A stretch of DNA of 32,000 nucleotides, taken from the NCBI RefSeq assembly GCF_003367075.2, contig NZ_CP065936.1:2760001-2792000 (forward strand), read 5' to 3'. Of this stretch, positions 9,642 to 16,899 are shown one piece after another. Under the pieces are notes generated by a model. That model was not told where the DNA came from. It did no database searches and saw only the letters and a list, made by a program, of their open reading frames with translations. How positions within the stretch are numbered: the stretch's first letter is position 1; each line of letters begins with the position of its first letter. Both the position numbers and the translations under genes were made by a program. Source of the stretch: Cylindrospermopsis raciborskii Cr2010 (GTDB taxonomy: Bacteria; Cyanobacteriota; Cyanobacteriia; Cyanobacteriales; Nostocaceae).

Positions 9642-10453
9642 TGTTTCTGCTCTTGAATGAAATCAACCACAGTAGCAATGGGGATGGCCCAACTTAAGGA
9701 CTCAATTCTACGGTAATCTGCCCTGTTGGGTTTAGTCCCATCAGTAAAAATAAAGGCATTAATTCCTTGAAAGGGATACTTTAATAACCCGCTGATACCA
9801 ACAAGTTCCCCCCGTTGGTTTAAAACGGGTCCTCCACTCATACCTTGGGTAAAATCATTGGTGAAACCCACCTTATAGCCACCAACTAGGGTTTTACGGA
9901 GATACATTTTGATCTTACCCGGTTGTAGCTTGAAAGCACCCAGTCCCCAATCCCGGGTTGTTTCTACTTTGGTGATATTGTCACCATTAAAAACAAAATG
10001 CCACGCTGGAAACCCAGATACATATACCACTTCCCCCTCAGATATATTTGGCGATCGGGAAAATTGCACAAATTGATAGTTTTCCCCACTGGTAAATTCC
10101 ACCAGTGCTAGATCTAAAGAATGGGGATTGACTGTTGGTACTTGCTGTGCTTTGTAAATCTTACCATCAGGTGTTAAAACTTCATAACCACTCTCAGGAC
10201 TATCCACTACCACGTGATCATTGGTCAAAACCGTGTAGGTTTGTCCTTCACGGTTGATAATCACTCCTGACCCAGATCCAGATTTAGTAAAAATTCTTAC
10301 TGTTACTTTACTGGCAGTCCTGGCAGCGGCAAATTCAAATCCGGGATGGGGTGTGGAAGCTAGCAAGTTGGGTACAGTATGAGGATACACAATGGGGGAA
10401 AAAATTGTTGTCAGTAATGCCACAGACAATCTAAAGGATATGGGGTAAAACAC
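9638..10453 (-). CDS. Exported trypsin-like (S1 family) serine protease, protease domain only
   Basis: 271 aa with a hydrophobic N-terminus. Triad contexts TNDHVV (His), LDLALVEF (Asp) and GMSGGPVLN (Ser). The TGA stop overlaps the ATG of the downstream protease-TPR gene. Confidence 0.8.
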   Translation of the reverse strand: MFYPISFRLSVALLTTIFSPIVYPHTVPNLLASTPHPGFEFAAARTASKVTVRIFTKSGSGSGVIINREGQTYTVLTNDHVVVDSPESGYEVLTPDGKIYKAQQVPTVNPHSLDLALVEFTSGENYQFVQFSRSPNISEGEVVYVSGFPAWHFVFNGDNITKVETTRDWGLGAFKLQPGKIKMYLRKTLVGGYKVGFTNDFTQGMSGGPVLNQRGELVGISGLLKYPFQGINAFIFTDGTKPNRADYRRIESLSWAIPIATVVDFIQEQKQ

Positions 10454-10507
10454 AGCGATTCACTTAAAAAAGGAGCAGTTGATTGATTCTTTTCATTCGG
10501 GTAGAAT

Positions 10508-11125
10508 TTACAGTTTGAACCTCCGATCAGAGTTTGCTGGTGGTCTTATTTGGTCGGAATCCTGGGGTTTTAGGTCATTCTGGTCGAGGACCTCACTTAA
10601 TTCAAGTTGCAGACGACTGCTTGTTTCTCGGACAACACCTGCGCTGGAACCTTGTTTACTAATTCCCGTCAGTTGGGCCAGAATCTCATTGGCTTTCTGA
10701 GCATTTTCCGGTTTAAGAGTAAACAATAAATTCTTGTCACTACAACCTGTTCCACTAGTTGTAGAGGCTATACAAATAACCGTCTCTTTGTTAACACGAC
10801 CTTTAATTAGAGCTACGTTTTTTAGGCGTCCACCATTTTGTTTCACGGCCTGATTAAATCTAGATGTTACCATTCGGCAACGATTTTGAGGAGTATAGTT
10901 ATCTCCAAAATATTTAGAACCCGCGTCTGTCCAAGTAATTACGGTAATTGGACTACCACCAGGACGCTGGCCAACGGTAGCCCAATTGCCATTGCCTTGG
11001 GAAACACATGTAAACTTGGTGCCATTGTAGGCTTCAGTAGGGGGCTTAGCTTGTACTCCAGTCTGAATCAAAGTTCCTGCTAGGGTTAAACTAGCAACTA
11101 GAACTGTCGTGGATAGTTTCATCAT
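10508..11125 (-). CDS. COP23-domain protein, exported (paralogue 1, divergent)
   Basis: Signal-like MMKLSTTVLVASLTLAGTLIQTGVQA. Core YNGTKFTCVSQGNGNWATVGQRPGGSPITVITWT...YTPQNRCRMVTSRFNQAV...VICIASTTSGTGCSDKNLLFTLKPENA with 4 conserved Cys. This matches my recollection of the COP23 (PF14218) pattern. Confidence 0.7.
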   Translation of the reverse strand: MMKLSTTVLVASLTLAGTLIQTGVQAKPPTEAYNGTKFTCVSQGNGNWATVGQRPGGSPITVITWTDAGSKYFGDNYTPQNRCRMVTSRFNQAVKQNGGRLKNVALIKGRVNKETVICIASTTSGTGCSDKNLLFTLKPENAQKANEILAQLTGISKQGSSAGVVRETSSRLQLELSEVLDQNDLKPQDSDQIRPPANSDRRFKL

Positions 11126-11155
11126 GCATCATTCCCTTTTCCCATTATAATTACT

Positions 11156-11851
11156 TTACAAACCAGGTTGATTACGTCGGTTATTTTGAACTTTTGGCCT
11201 TTTAACAGGTGAAGAGGATGAGCGTCGAGCTGCTAGCACATCACTCAGTTTGACTGTAACCCGTTGGCGACTACTTCTTGTTTCGGTAATCACACCTCCT
11301 TCCGATCCCTTCTTGCTAATCTCCAGGAGTTGAGATAAAACCTTATCAGGGTTTTTGGCATTTTCCGGTTTCAGGGTAAATAGGGTATTTTTATCTTGAC
11401 AACCATTATCTCGGTCGGAAATTACACAAATAACAACCTGACCATTAACATTGCCACTGGTTAATAAAACATCTTGAAGCCTACCACCACTCTCTTGTAC
11501 TGCTGTGTTGAACTTGCGGGTGACAATTTGACACCGGTTTTCGGGGGCAAATTGGCTACCAAAATATTTGGAAGCTGATTGAGTCCAAATAATCACAGGT
11601 ATTGGTTGGCCACCAGGGCGCTGACCAACGGTAGCCCACTTGCCATTACCCTGGGATACACAGGCAAATTTCGTCCCATTATAGCTTTCATCACCAGTCG
11701 GTTCTGAGTCTGATGGGTTGTCGGATGCAGGAATAGTGGGGGGGTTAGGGGGGTTATCTCCACTTTCCACTGGCACAGCTCTCACCATGCTAGGATGCCA
11801 ACCGGCTGATACAGCTATAAAAGTAGCTAAAACTGTTGCTGAAAATTTCAT
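11156..11851 (-). CDS. COP23-domain protein, exported (paralogue 2, with a Pro/Ser/Asp-rich N-terminal spacer)
   Basis: Signal-like MKFSATVLATFIAVSAG. Core YNGTKFACVSQGNGKWATVGQRPGGQPIPVIIWT...FAPENRCQIVTRKFNTAV...VICVISDRDNGCQDKNTLFTLKPENA. Basic tail ...PVKRPKVQNNRRNQPGL. Confidence 0.7.
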   Translation of the reverse strand: MKFSATVLATFIAVSAGWHPSMVRAVPVESGDNPPNPPTIPASDNPSDSEPTGDESYNGTKFACVSQGNGKWATVGQRPGGQPIPVIIWTQSASKYFGSQFAPENRCQIVTRKFNTAVQESGGRLQDVLLTSGNVNGQVVICVISDRDNGCQDKNTLFTLKPENAKNPDKVLSQLLEISKKGSEGGVITETRSSRQRVTVKLSDVLAARRSSSSPVKRPKVQNNRRNQPGL

Positions 11852-11902
11852 AATATCCTGTTATTTTTTACCAAAGAAGTGTGAAAAGTTCTGAGTTTTC
11901 TA

Positions 11903-12562
11903 TCACAGACCACCTGTATTGGGTCTGGGAGTTTTGCGGGTTCTGGGTGTTTGTTGAGGCAAGCGCTTGGCTGCTTTGGAGATAACTTCACCTAGGTTTA
12001 CTGTGGCACGAGAACGACCTCTTGTTTCAGTAATAACCCCTGCACTGGAACCTCTAATACTAATTTGAGTCAGGGTTTCTAAAACCCTATTAGGGTCTTT
12101 GGCATTTTCGGGTTTCAGGGCAAACAGGGTATTGTTACCATCACAACCTCCTGTGTCCTTTAAAGAAAGTGCGCAAATAACAGTTTTGTCACCGACTTCT
12201 CCCCAGGTTAAAACTACGTCGTAAAGATTGCCAGCGCTATCTTCTACGGCTTGGTTGAGATTGGCTGTGACGATTTCACAACGGCTCTTGGGATTATAGT
12301 TTTCGCCAAAGGACTGTGCTCCTTTTTTTGTCCACACAATTATGGGAATTGGTCTACCACCAGGGCGCTGTCCAACTGTGGCCCAGTTACCACCTTGAGC
12401 TACGCAAGCAAATCTCGTCCCATTGTATTGACTGGGATCGCTCGGATCAAAGAATGCGTCATCAGATGATTGGGCTTTTAATTGACCATGTCCTAAACCC
12501 AAAATGCTTGATAGGGTTAGGGTGGCTACTAAACACGTGGTTGAGAATTTGCTACTCATCAT
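11903..12562 (-). CDS. COP23-domain protein, exported (paralogue 3, member of the near-identical 219-aa trio)
   Basis: 219 aa, same core pattern, AAGGAGG 8 nt upstream of the ATG. Roughly 85-90% identical by eye to the products of 12654..13313 and 14714..15373. Confidence 0.7.
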   Translation of the reverse strand: MMSSKFSTTCLVATLTLSSILGLGHGQLKAQSSDDAFFDPSDPSQYNGTRFACVAQGGNWATVGQRPGGRPIPIIVWTKKGAQSFGENYNPKSRCEIVTANLNQAVEDSAGNLYDVVLTWGEVGDKTVICALSLKDTGGCDGNNTLFALKPENAKDPNRVLETLTQISIRGSSAGVITETRGRSRATVNLGEVISKAAKRLPQQTPRTRKTPRPNTGGL

Positions 12563-12593
12563 ATTTCCATACCTCCTTATTTTTTGCTGATGG

Positions 12594-12624
12594 CGCGTGG
12601 AAAGTTTTGGTTATTCCCCACGCG
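12594..12624 (-). other. GC-rich stem-loop in the gap between COP23 paralogues 4 and 3
   Basis: CGCGTGG (12594-12600) pairs with CCACGCG (12618-12624), a 7-bp stem with a 17-nt loop. No U-tract follows on the minus strand. It could be an RNA processing site or a partial terminator. Confidence 0.3.
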
Positions 12625-12653
12625 TTCGACACTTTTGCAATATTTGCCAGTCC

Positions 12654-13313
12654 TTAAACAGAACCTTTAGTTGATCTGGGAGTTTTGCGGGTTCTGGGTG
12701 TTTGTTGAGGCAATCGCTTGGCTGCTTGCGATACAACCCTACCTAAGTTTACACTTAAACGACCTCTTGGTTTAGTTTCACTAACAACCCCTGCACTAGA
12801 GCCTTTAATACTAATTTGAGTCAGGGTTTCTAAAACCTTATTAGGGTCTTTGGCATTTTCAGGTTTCAGAGCAAACAGAGTATTGCTACCATCACAACCT
12901 CCTTCGTCTTTTAAAGAAAGTGCGCAAATCACAGTTTTGCCATCATCAAGTTTACCCCAGGTTAGGACTACGTCGTAAAGATTGCCAGCGCTATCTTCTA
13001 CCGCTTGGTTGAGATTGGCTGTAACGATTTCACAACGGCTCTTAGGATTATAATTTTCGCCAAAGGACTGTGCTCCTTGTTTTGTCCACACAATTATGGG
13101 AATTGGTCTACCACCAGGGCGCTGTCCAACTGTGGCCCAGTTACTACCTTGGGCTACACAGGTAAATTTAGTTCCGTTGTATTGACTGCGATCGCTCGGA
13201 TCAAAGAATGAGTCATCTGATGATTGGGCTTTTAATTGACCATGTCCTAAACCCAAAATGCCTGATAGGGCTAGGGTACCTACTAAAAACGCGGCTGAGA
13301 ATTTGCTGTTCAT
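12654..13313 (-). CDS. COP23-domain protein, exported (paralogue 4, trio member)
   Basis: 219 aa: MNSKFSAAFLVGTLALSGILGLGHGQLKAQ signal-like start, then the identical core VGQRPGGRPIPIIVWTKQGAQSFGENYNPKSRCEIVTANLNQAVEDSAGNLYDVVLTWG. Tail ...RTRKTPRSTKGSV. Confidence 0.7.
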   Translation of the reverse strand: MNSKFSAAFLVGTLALSGILGLGHGQLKAQSSDDSFFDPSDRSQYNGTKFTCVAQGSNWATVGQRPGGRPIPIIVWTKQGAQSFGENYNPKSRCEIVTANLNQAVEDSAGNLYDVVLTWGKLDDGKTVICALSLKDEGGCDGSNTLFALKPENAKDPNKVLETLTQISIKGSSAGVVSETKPRGRLSVNLGRVVSQAAKRLPQQTPRTRKTPRSTKGSV

Positions 13314-13368
13314 AATTTCCCCTTGATCTAGTGTTGGTTTTAATGGTGAGATCTTGCTGGAGCAAAAT

Positions 13369-14586
13369 CTACAGGTTACCTGGTTTGGTGGGACGCGGGC
13401 CAGTTCTTAAAGCTCTGAGTGTGCCGGTAGTAGGATTGTACTCATAAGCCTTAGCGGTTAAGTCTGGGTGGGGACTGACACAATATTGTTTATCACCTAT
13501 AAAGATGCCAATTACTGGAGTAGAGCTGCAGGAAACAGCTGTTAATTGCCATTTTCTTAACAGGGCTAAATTCGGGTCGTTGGATGATACTGGTTTCCTG
13601 TTCCCTGTAATTTGGATTCCATCTATTTCTACTTCACCTAAAATCCCTGAGTCATCGATAGTATTGCCTAATGCGGAAATGGCAACACCAGTTGTGGCGG
13701 CGTTATAAATGTTGTAACGACCATTGTTGACGATGACATTGCCACCTGGATTACTACGAGTACCTAGATCGGGGGAAGAATTAAGAGTGATGACTATGCC
13801 ATCCCGTTCGTTATCCTTAACCACATTGCTGCGTAACAAGGGTTGAGCTGAATCGGTGATAACTATTCCGTCTCTATTATTGGTGATCTGATTTTTGGTC
13901 AAGACTGGTTTGGAATCGTCATTAATGCTTAATCCAAAGCCACTCTTCTCAAATACATTATTGCTGATTTTCCCCTTGCTGGATTTGGTTATGGAAATAC
14001 CATTGCCATTGTTTGCTGTAAATTGGTTGTTCTCAATGGTAGGATCCCCACCAGCTGTGACAAATATCCCCTCTCGCAAACTCTGAGCAAATGTGCTATT
14101 TTTAATAACGGGGTTAGTGGACTCTACCCATACACCTGTTCCTCGGTCATTTCTGTTGGTCACGGTTACACCATTAATTGTGCTGTCTTGTTCCGCCAGA
14201 ATAGTTACATTTTGTCTGGCAAAACTACGACTGTTGTGGTCACCACCACCGGAAATAACTACGGTCTTTCCTTTAGTCGATTCATCACCACGCAAGGTGA
14301 TTCCTTGTTTAAGTTTGATGGGGAAGGACTCATTAGTGTAACTACCGGGAGCTAACTGAATTATGGTTCCCGGTTGGGCTTGCTCTAAGGCAAAGGTGAT
14401 GGTTTTATAGGGATTGGTGACGGAGTTGCCAGTGCTGACAATGTTGACACCACTAATGGGATCCACATAGATAACTGGCGCCACTGAAGGCAATTGAGCG
14501 CCCACGGGAAGTGTAACTGACAAAGATCCGCAGATGGACGCCATAACTACGGAAGATTTTAGATGTGATTTTGATATAATGTTCAT
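13369..14586 (-). CDS. Exported right-handed parallel beta-helix repeat protein, DUF1565-like
   Basis: 405 aa, signal-like N-terminus. N-terminal motif NPYKTITFALEQAQPGTIIQLAPGSYT...GITLRGDESTKGKTVVISGGG is typical of DUF1565 (PF07602) as I recall it. It is followed by ~22-aa beta-helix coils (NNQFTANNGNGISI, NNVFEKSGFGLSI, KNQITNNRDGIVI, SNVVKDNERDGIVI). Tail ...RTGPRPTKPGNL. Confidence 0.65.
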   Translation of the reverse strand: MNIISKSHLKSSVVMASICGSLSVTLPVGAQLPSVAPVIYVDPISGVNIVSTGNSVTNPYKTITFALEQAQPGTIIQLAPGSYTNESFPIKLKQGITLRGDESTKGKTVVISGGGDHNSRSFARQNVTILAEQDSTINGVTVTNRNDRGTGVWVESTNPVIKNSTFAQSLREGIFVTAGGDPTIENNQFTANNGNGISITKSSKGKISNNVFEKSGFGLSINDDSKPVLTKNQITNNRDGIVITDSAQPLLRSNVVKDNERDGIVITLNSSPDLGTRSNPGGNVIVNNGRYNIYNAATTGVAISALGNTIDDSGILGEVEIDGIQITGNRKPVSSNDPNLALLRKWQLTAVSCSSTPVIGIFIGDKQYCVSPHPDLTAKAYEYNPTTGTLRALRTGPRPTKPGNL

Positions 14587-14622
14587 AATGTTCCTAAATG
14601 ACTCCCTAATTTTGTTGTGTAC

Positions 14623-14646
14623 ATCCTAGAGAAAATTGACTAGGGT
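14623..14646 (-). promoter_or_regulatory. Candidate promoter/operator of the DUF1565 gene: ATCCTAG-N10-CTAGGGT inverted repeat whose minus-strand half supplies a TAGGAT -10 candidate
   Basis: Read directly. The surrounding ~73 nt align ungapped (about two-thirds identical by hand) with the region upstream of 15373. TAGGAT lies ~37 nt upstream of the ATG at 14586. Confidence 0.4.
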
Positions 14647-14713
14647 GGAATTGTGAAAGTTCCCGATGCTGATAACTTCCAATACAGATTGACTTCTCCT
14701 GGCTGTTACCAAC

Positions 14714-15373
14714 TCACAGAGTACCTTTAGTGGGTCTATTTACGGGAGTTGTGCGAGTTTTGGGTGTTTCTTGGGGCAATCGCTTGGCTGCTTGTGAGAC
14801 AACTTTACCCAGGTTTACACTTAAACGACTTGTTGTTTCACGAACAGTCCCTGCACTAGAACCTTTAATGCTAATTTGAGTCAGGGTTTCTAAAACCTTA
14901 TTAGGGTCTTTGGCATTTTCAGGTTTCAGAGCGAACAGGGTATTGTTACCATCACAACCTCCTTCATCCTTTAAAGAAAGTGCGCAAATAACAGTCTTGC
15001 CATCGTCAAGTTTACCCCAGGTTAGGACTACGTCGTAAAGCTTGCCAGCACTGTCTTCTACCGCTTGGTTGAGGTTGGCTGTGACGATTTCACAACGGCT
15101 CTTGGGATTATAATTTTCGCCAAAGGACTGTGCTCCTTTTTTTGTCCACATAATTATGGGAATTGGTCTACCACCAGGGCGCTGTCCAACGGTGGACCAG
15201 TCGCTACCTTGGGCTACACAGGTAAATTTAGTTCCGTTGTATTGACTGGGATCGCTCGGATCAAAAAATGCGTCATCTGATGATTGGGCTTTTAATTGAC
15301 CATGTCCTAAACCCAAAATGCCTGATAGGGCTAGGGTTGCTACTAAAACTGTGGACGGGAATTTGCCGTTCAT
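14714..15373 (-). CDS. COP23-domain protein, exported (paralogue 5, trio member, first gene of the island)
   Basis: 219 aa. I count about 14 differences from paralogue 4 in the first ~175 residues. Tail ...KTRTTPVNRPTKGTL. TAGGAGA precedes the ATG. Confidence 0.7.
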   Translation of the reverse strand: MNGKFPSTVLVATLALSGILGLGHGQLKAQSSDDAFFDPSDPSQYNGTKFTCVAQGSDWSTVGQRPGGRPIPIIMWTKKGAQSFGENYNPKSRCEIVTANLNQAVEDSAGKLYDVVLTWGKLDDGKTVICALSLKDEGGCDGNNTLFALKPENAKDPNKVLETLTQISIKGSSAGTVRETTSRLSVNLGKVVSQAAKRLPQETPKTRTTPVNRPTKGTL

Positions 15374-15399
15374 AAATATCTCCTAATTTTATTCCGTAT

Positions 15400-15423
15400 A
15401 TCCTAGCAAGAAACCGCTAGGAT
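15400..15423 (-). promoter_or_regulatory. Candidate promoter/operator of the COP23 island: perfect 8-bp inverted repeat ATCCTAGC-N8-GCTAGGAT; TAGGAT on the minus strand is a -10 candidate
   Basis: Arms at 15400-15407 and 15416-15423 are perfect reverse complements. TAGGAT fits TAnnnT and lies ~27 nt upstream of the ATG at 15373. A paralogous element sits at 14623-14646. Confidence 0.45.
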
Positions 15424-15633
15424 TTAAGTATGAAAATGCCTAAAGCCGATAATTTTTACTGACCCAACTGCACATTATTATATACTCGTGGTCTAACCTT
15501 CACTACAAAGGCACCTCTTATATTCACCGAACCTGCTCAGGGAGATGACAAGGACTTATCACCTACAAACAAAAAGTCTTTTAACTAGCATATAATATTG
15601 TGCTATGCGTGAATTTACTCCGTCAATAGTAAA

Positions 15634-15660
15634 AAGTAGAAAATGCTAAATTTTCTACTT
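15634..15660 (-). terminator. Intrinsic terminator candidate downstream of the J-domain gene
   Basis: On the minus strand, AAGTAGAAAAT-ttagc-ATTTTCTACTT forms an 11-bp stem with a 5-nt loop and is followed immediately by TTTACTATT. It lies ~75 nt after the stop at 15734. The stem is AT-rich. Confidence 0.5.
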
Positions 15661-15733
15661 CGGCAAAAAACACGATCGGTGTTCAGGTTGATATTATTAA
15701 TAGTTAAGGGTTTGCTCCCCTGGTGAGCTAGAA

Positions 15734-16699
15734 TCAGAATTTAATTTGCTGTAAATGAGCACGAGGATCATAACTACGGATAGCACGCAGTTTCTCGTAA
15801 TATTCCCGCTCTTGGGGAGTCAGGTCTTTAGGGGGTACAACGGCAACTTTTACCAACTGGTCACCACGACCGCCCTTGGGTAAGGGCCATCCCTTGCCGC
15901 GTAAGCGCAGGGACTGACCAGAACGCACTCCTGCGGGTAATTTTACGCTTGCATGACCATCAGGTGTGGGAACCTGGATAGTCGCACCTAAAGCTGCTTC
16001 ATCTGGTGCGATTGGCACTTCGCAAATTAGTTGGTCACCTTCAAGTTGAAAAAATGAATGGGGTGATAGTTCTGTTTTTAAATATAAATCTCCCCTTTGT
16101 CCAGTCTTAGGGTTAACTGCACCTTTACCTCTCACCCGTAAACGAGTGCCAGTTTTTGCTCCTGCGGGAATACGCACTTCAATGGTTTCATTTCCTAAAC
16201 TGAATCGTTTTTGCACTCCTGTAAATGCCTCTGCGAAGCTTAGGGTAATGACAAATTCACTATCTTGGGCACCCATATTCGGAAACCCAAAGTCTCCAAA
16301 ACCACCAAAACCACCCGGTCTACCACCGGAGCGAGAAGAAGTTGAACTGCGAGGTCCTACCCCACCAAATAAATCATTGAGGAAATCATTAAAACTACCG
16401 TATTGACCAAAGTCAAAACCACTCATATCTACTCCCGCACCACCAGGAAAACCACCTTCTCCCACTTGTTTCCAATATTGACCATATTGGTCATATTTTT
16501 TCCGTTTATCTGGATCCGAGAGAACTTCATAGGCTTCATTAATCTCTTTGAATCTTGCTTCAGCTTGTTTGTTTCCAGGATTAAGGTCGGGGTGGTATTT
16601 ACGAGCTAGTTTGCGAAAAGCTTGTTTAATTTCTTCTGGACTGGCAGTTTTACTGATTCCTAAAATTGAATAATAGTCTTTAAAATCCGTTCCAGCCAT
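15734..16699 (-). CDS. J-domain co-chaperone, DnaJ type II / CbpA-like (J domain + G/F region + DnaJ C-terminal domains, no zinc finger)
   Basis: [35 protein letters not shown] (HPD motif), a G/F-rich linker ([15 protein letters not shown]) and a C-terminal substrate-binding-like region. There are no CxxCxGxG repeats. The ATG at 16699 sits 7 nt after GGAGG and is preferred over the tracked TTG at 16705. Confidence 0.85.
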   Translation of the reverse strand: MAGTDFKDYYSILGISKTASPEEIKQAFRKLARKYHPDLNPGNKQAEARFKEINEAYEVLSDPDKRKKYDQYGQYWKQVGEGGFPGGAGVDMSGFDFGQYGSFNDFLNDLFGGVGPRSSTSSRSGGRPGGFGGFGDFGFPNMGAQDSEFVITLSFAEAFTGVQKRFSLGNETIEVRIPAGAKTGTRLRVRGKGAVNPKTGQRGDLYLKTELSPHSFFQLEGDQLICEVPIAPDEAALGATIQVPTPDGHASVKLPAGVRSGQSLRLRGKGWPLPKGGRGDQLVKVAVVPPKDLTPQEREYYEKLRAIRSYDPRAHLQQIKF

Positions 16700-16841
16700 C
16701 CACAAGCCTCCTGTTACAATATAGGCGAAATATAGGTTATGTTTTTTCTAGGATAAGATGATGATCCTAAACTAGCAAAGCATAGCAAAAATTCATTGTG
16801 GTTGTCGCTCATACATCCAGGGCAATTACCGTACTTTAAAG

Positions 16842-16899
16842 GTTAGGGAGATGATCCCCACAAGCTTGTGGGGATAAATTTGTGGGTTAGTTCCCTAAC
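16842..16899 (-). terminator. Nested inverted repeats just after the glgC stop: outer GTTAGGGA/TCCCTAAC arms enclosing a perfect 22-bp palindrome
   Basis: ATCCCCACAAGCTTGTGGGGAT at 16854-16875 is a perfect palindrome. The outer 8-bp arms are at 16842-16849 and 16892-16899, and the right arm touches the glgC stop codon. No U-tract follows, so terminator function is uncertain. Confidence 0.35.

Noticed and set aside
12251-12469. + strand ORFs antisense to the COP23 genes (10838..11083, 12251..12469, 13005..13211, 15065..15280), which look conserved among themselves (MVEIGCDDFTTALGII.FAKGLCS.FCPHNYGNWSTTRALSN...)
   Set aside because: Their mutual similarity is a by-product of the near-identity of the sense-strand paralogues. 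They have no signal, RBS or domain pattern and lie fully inside better-supported minus-strand genes.
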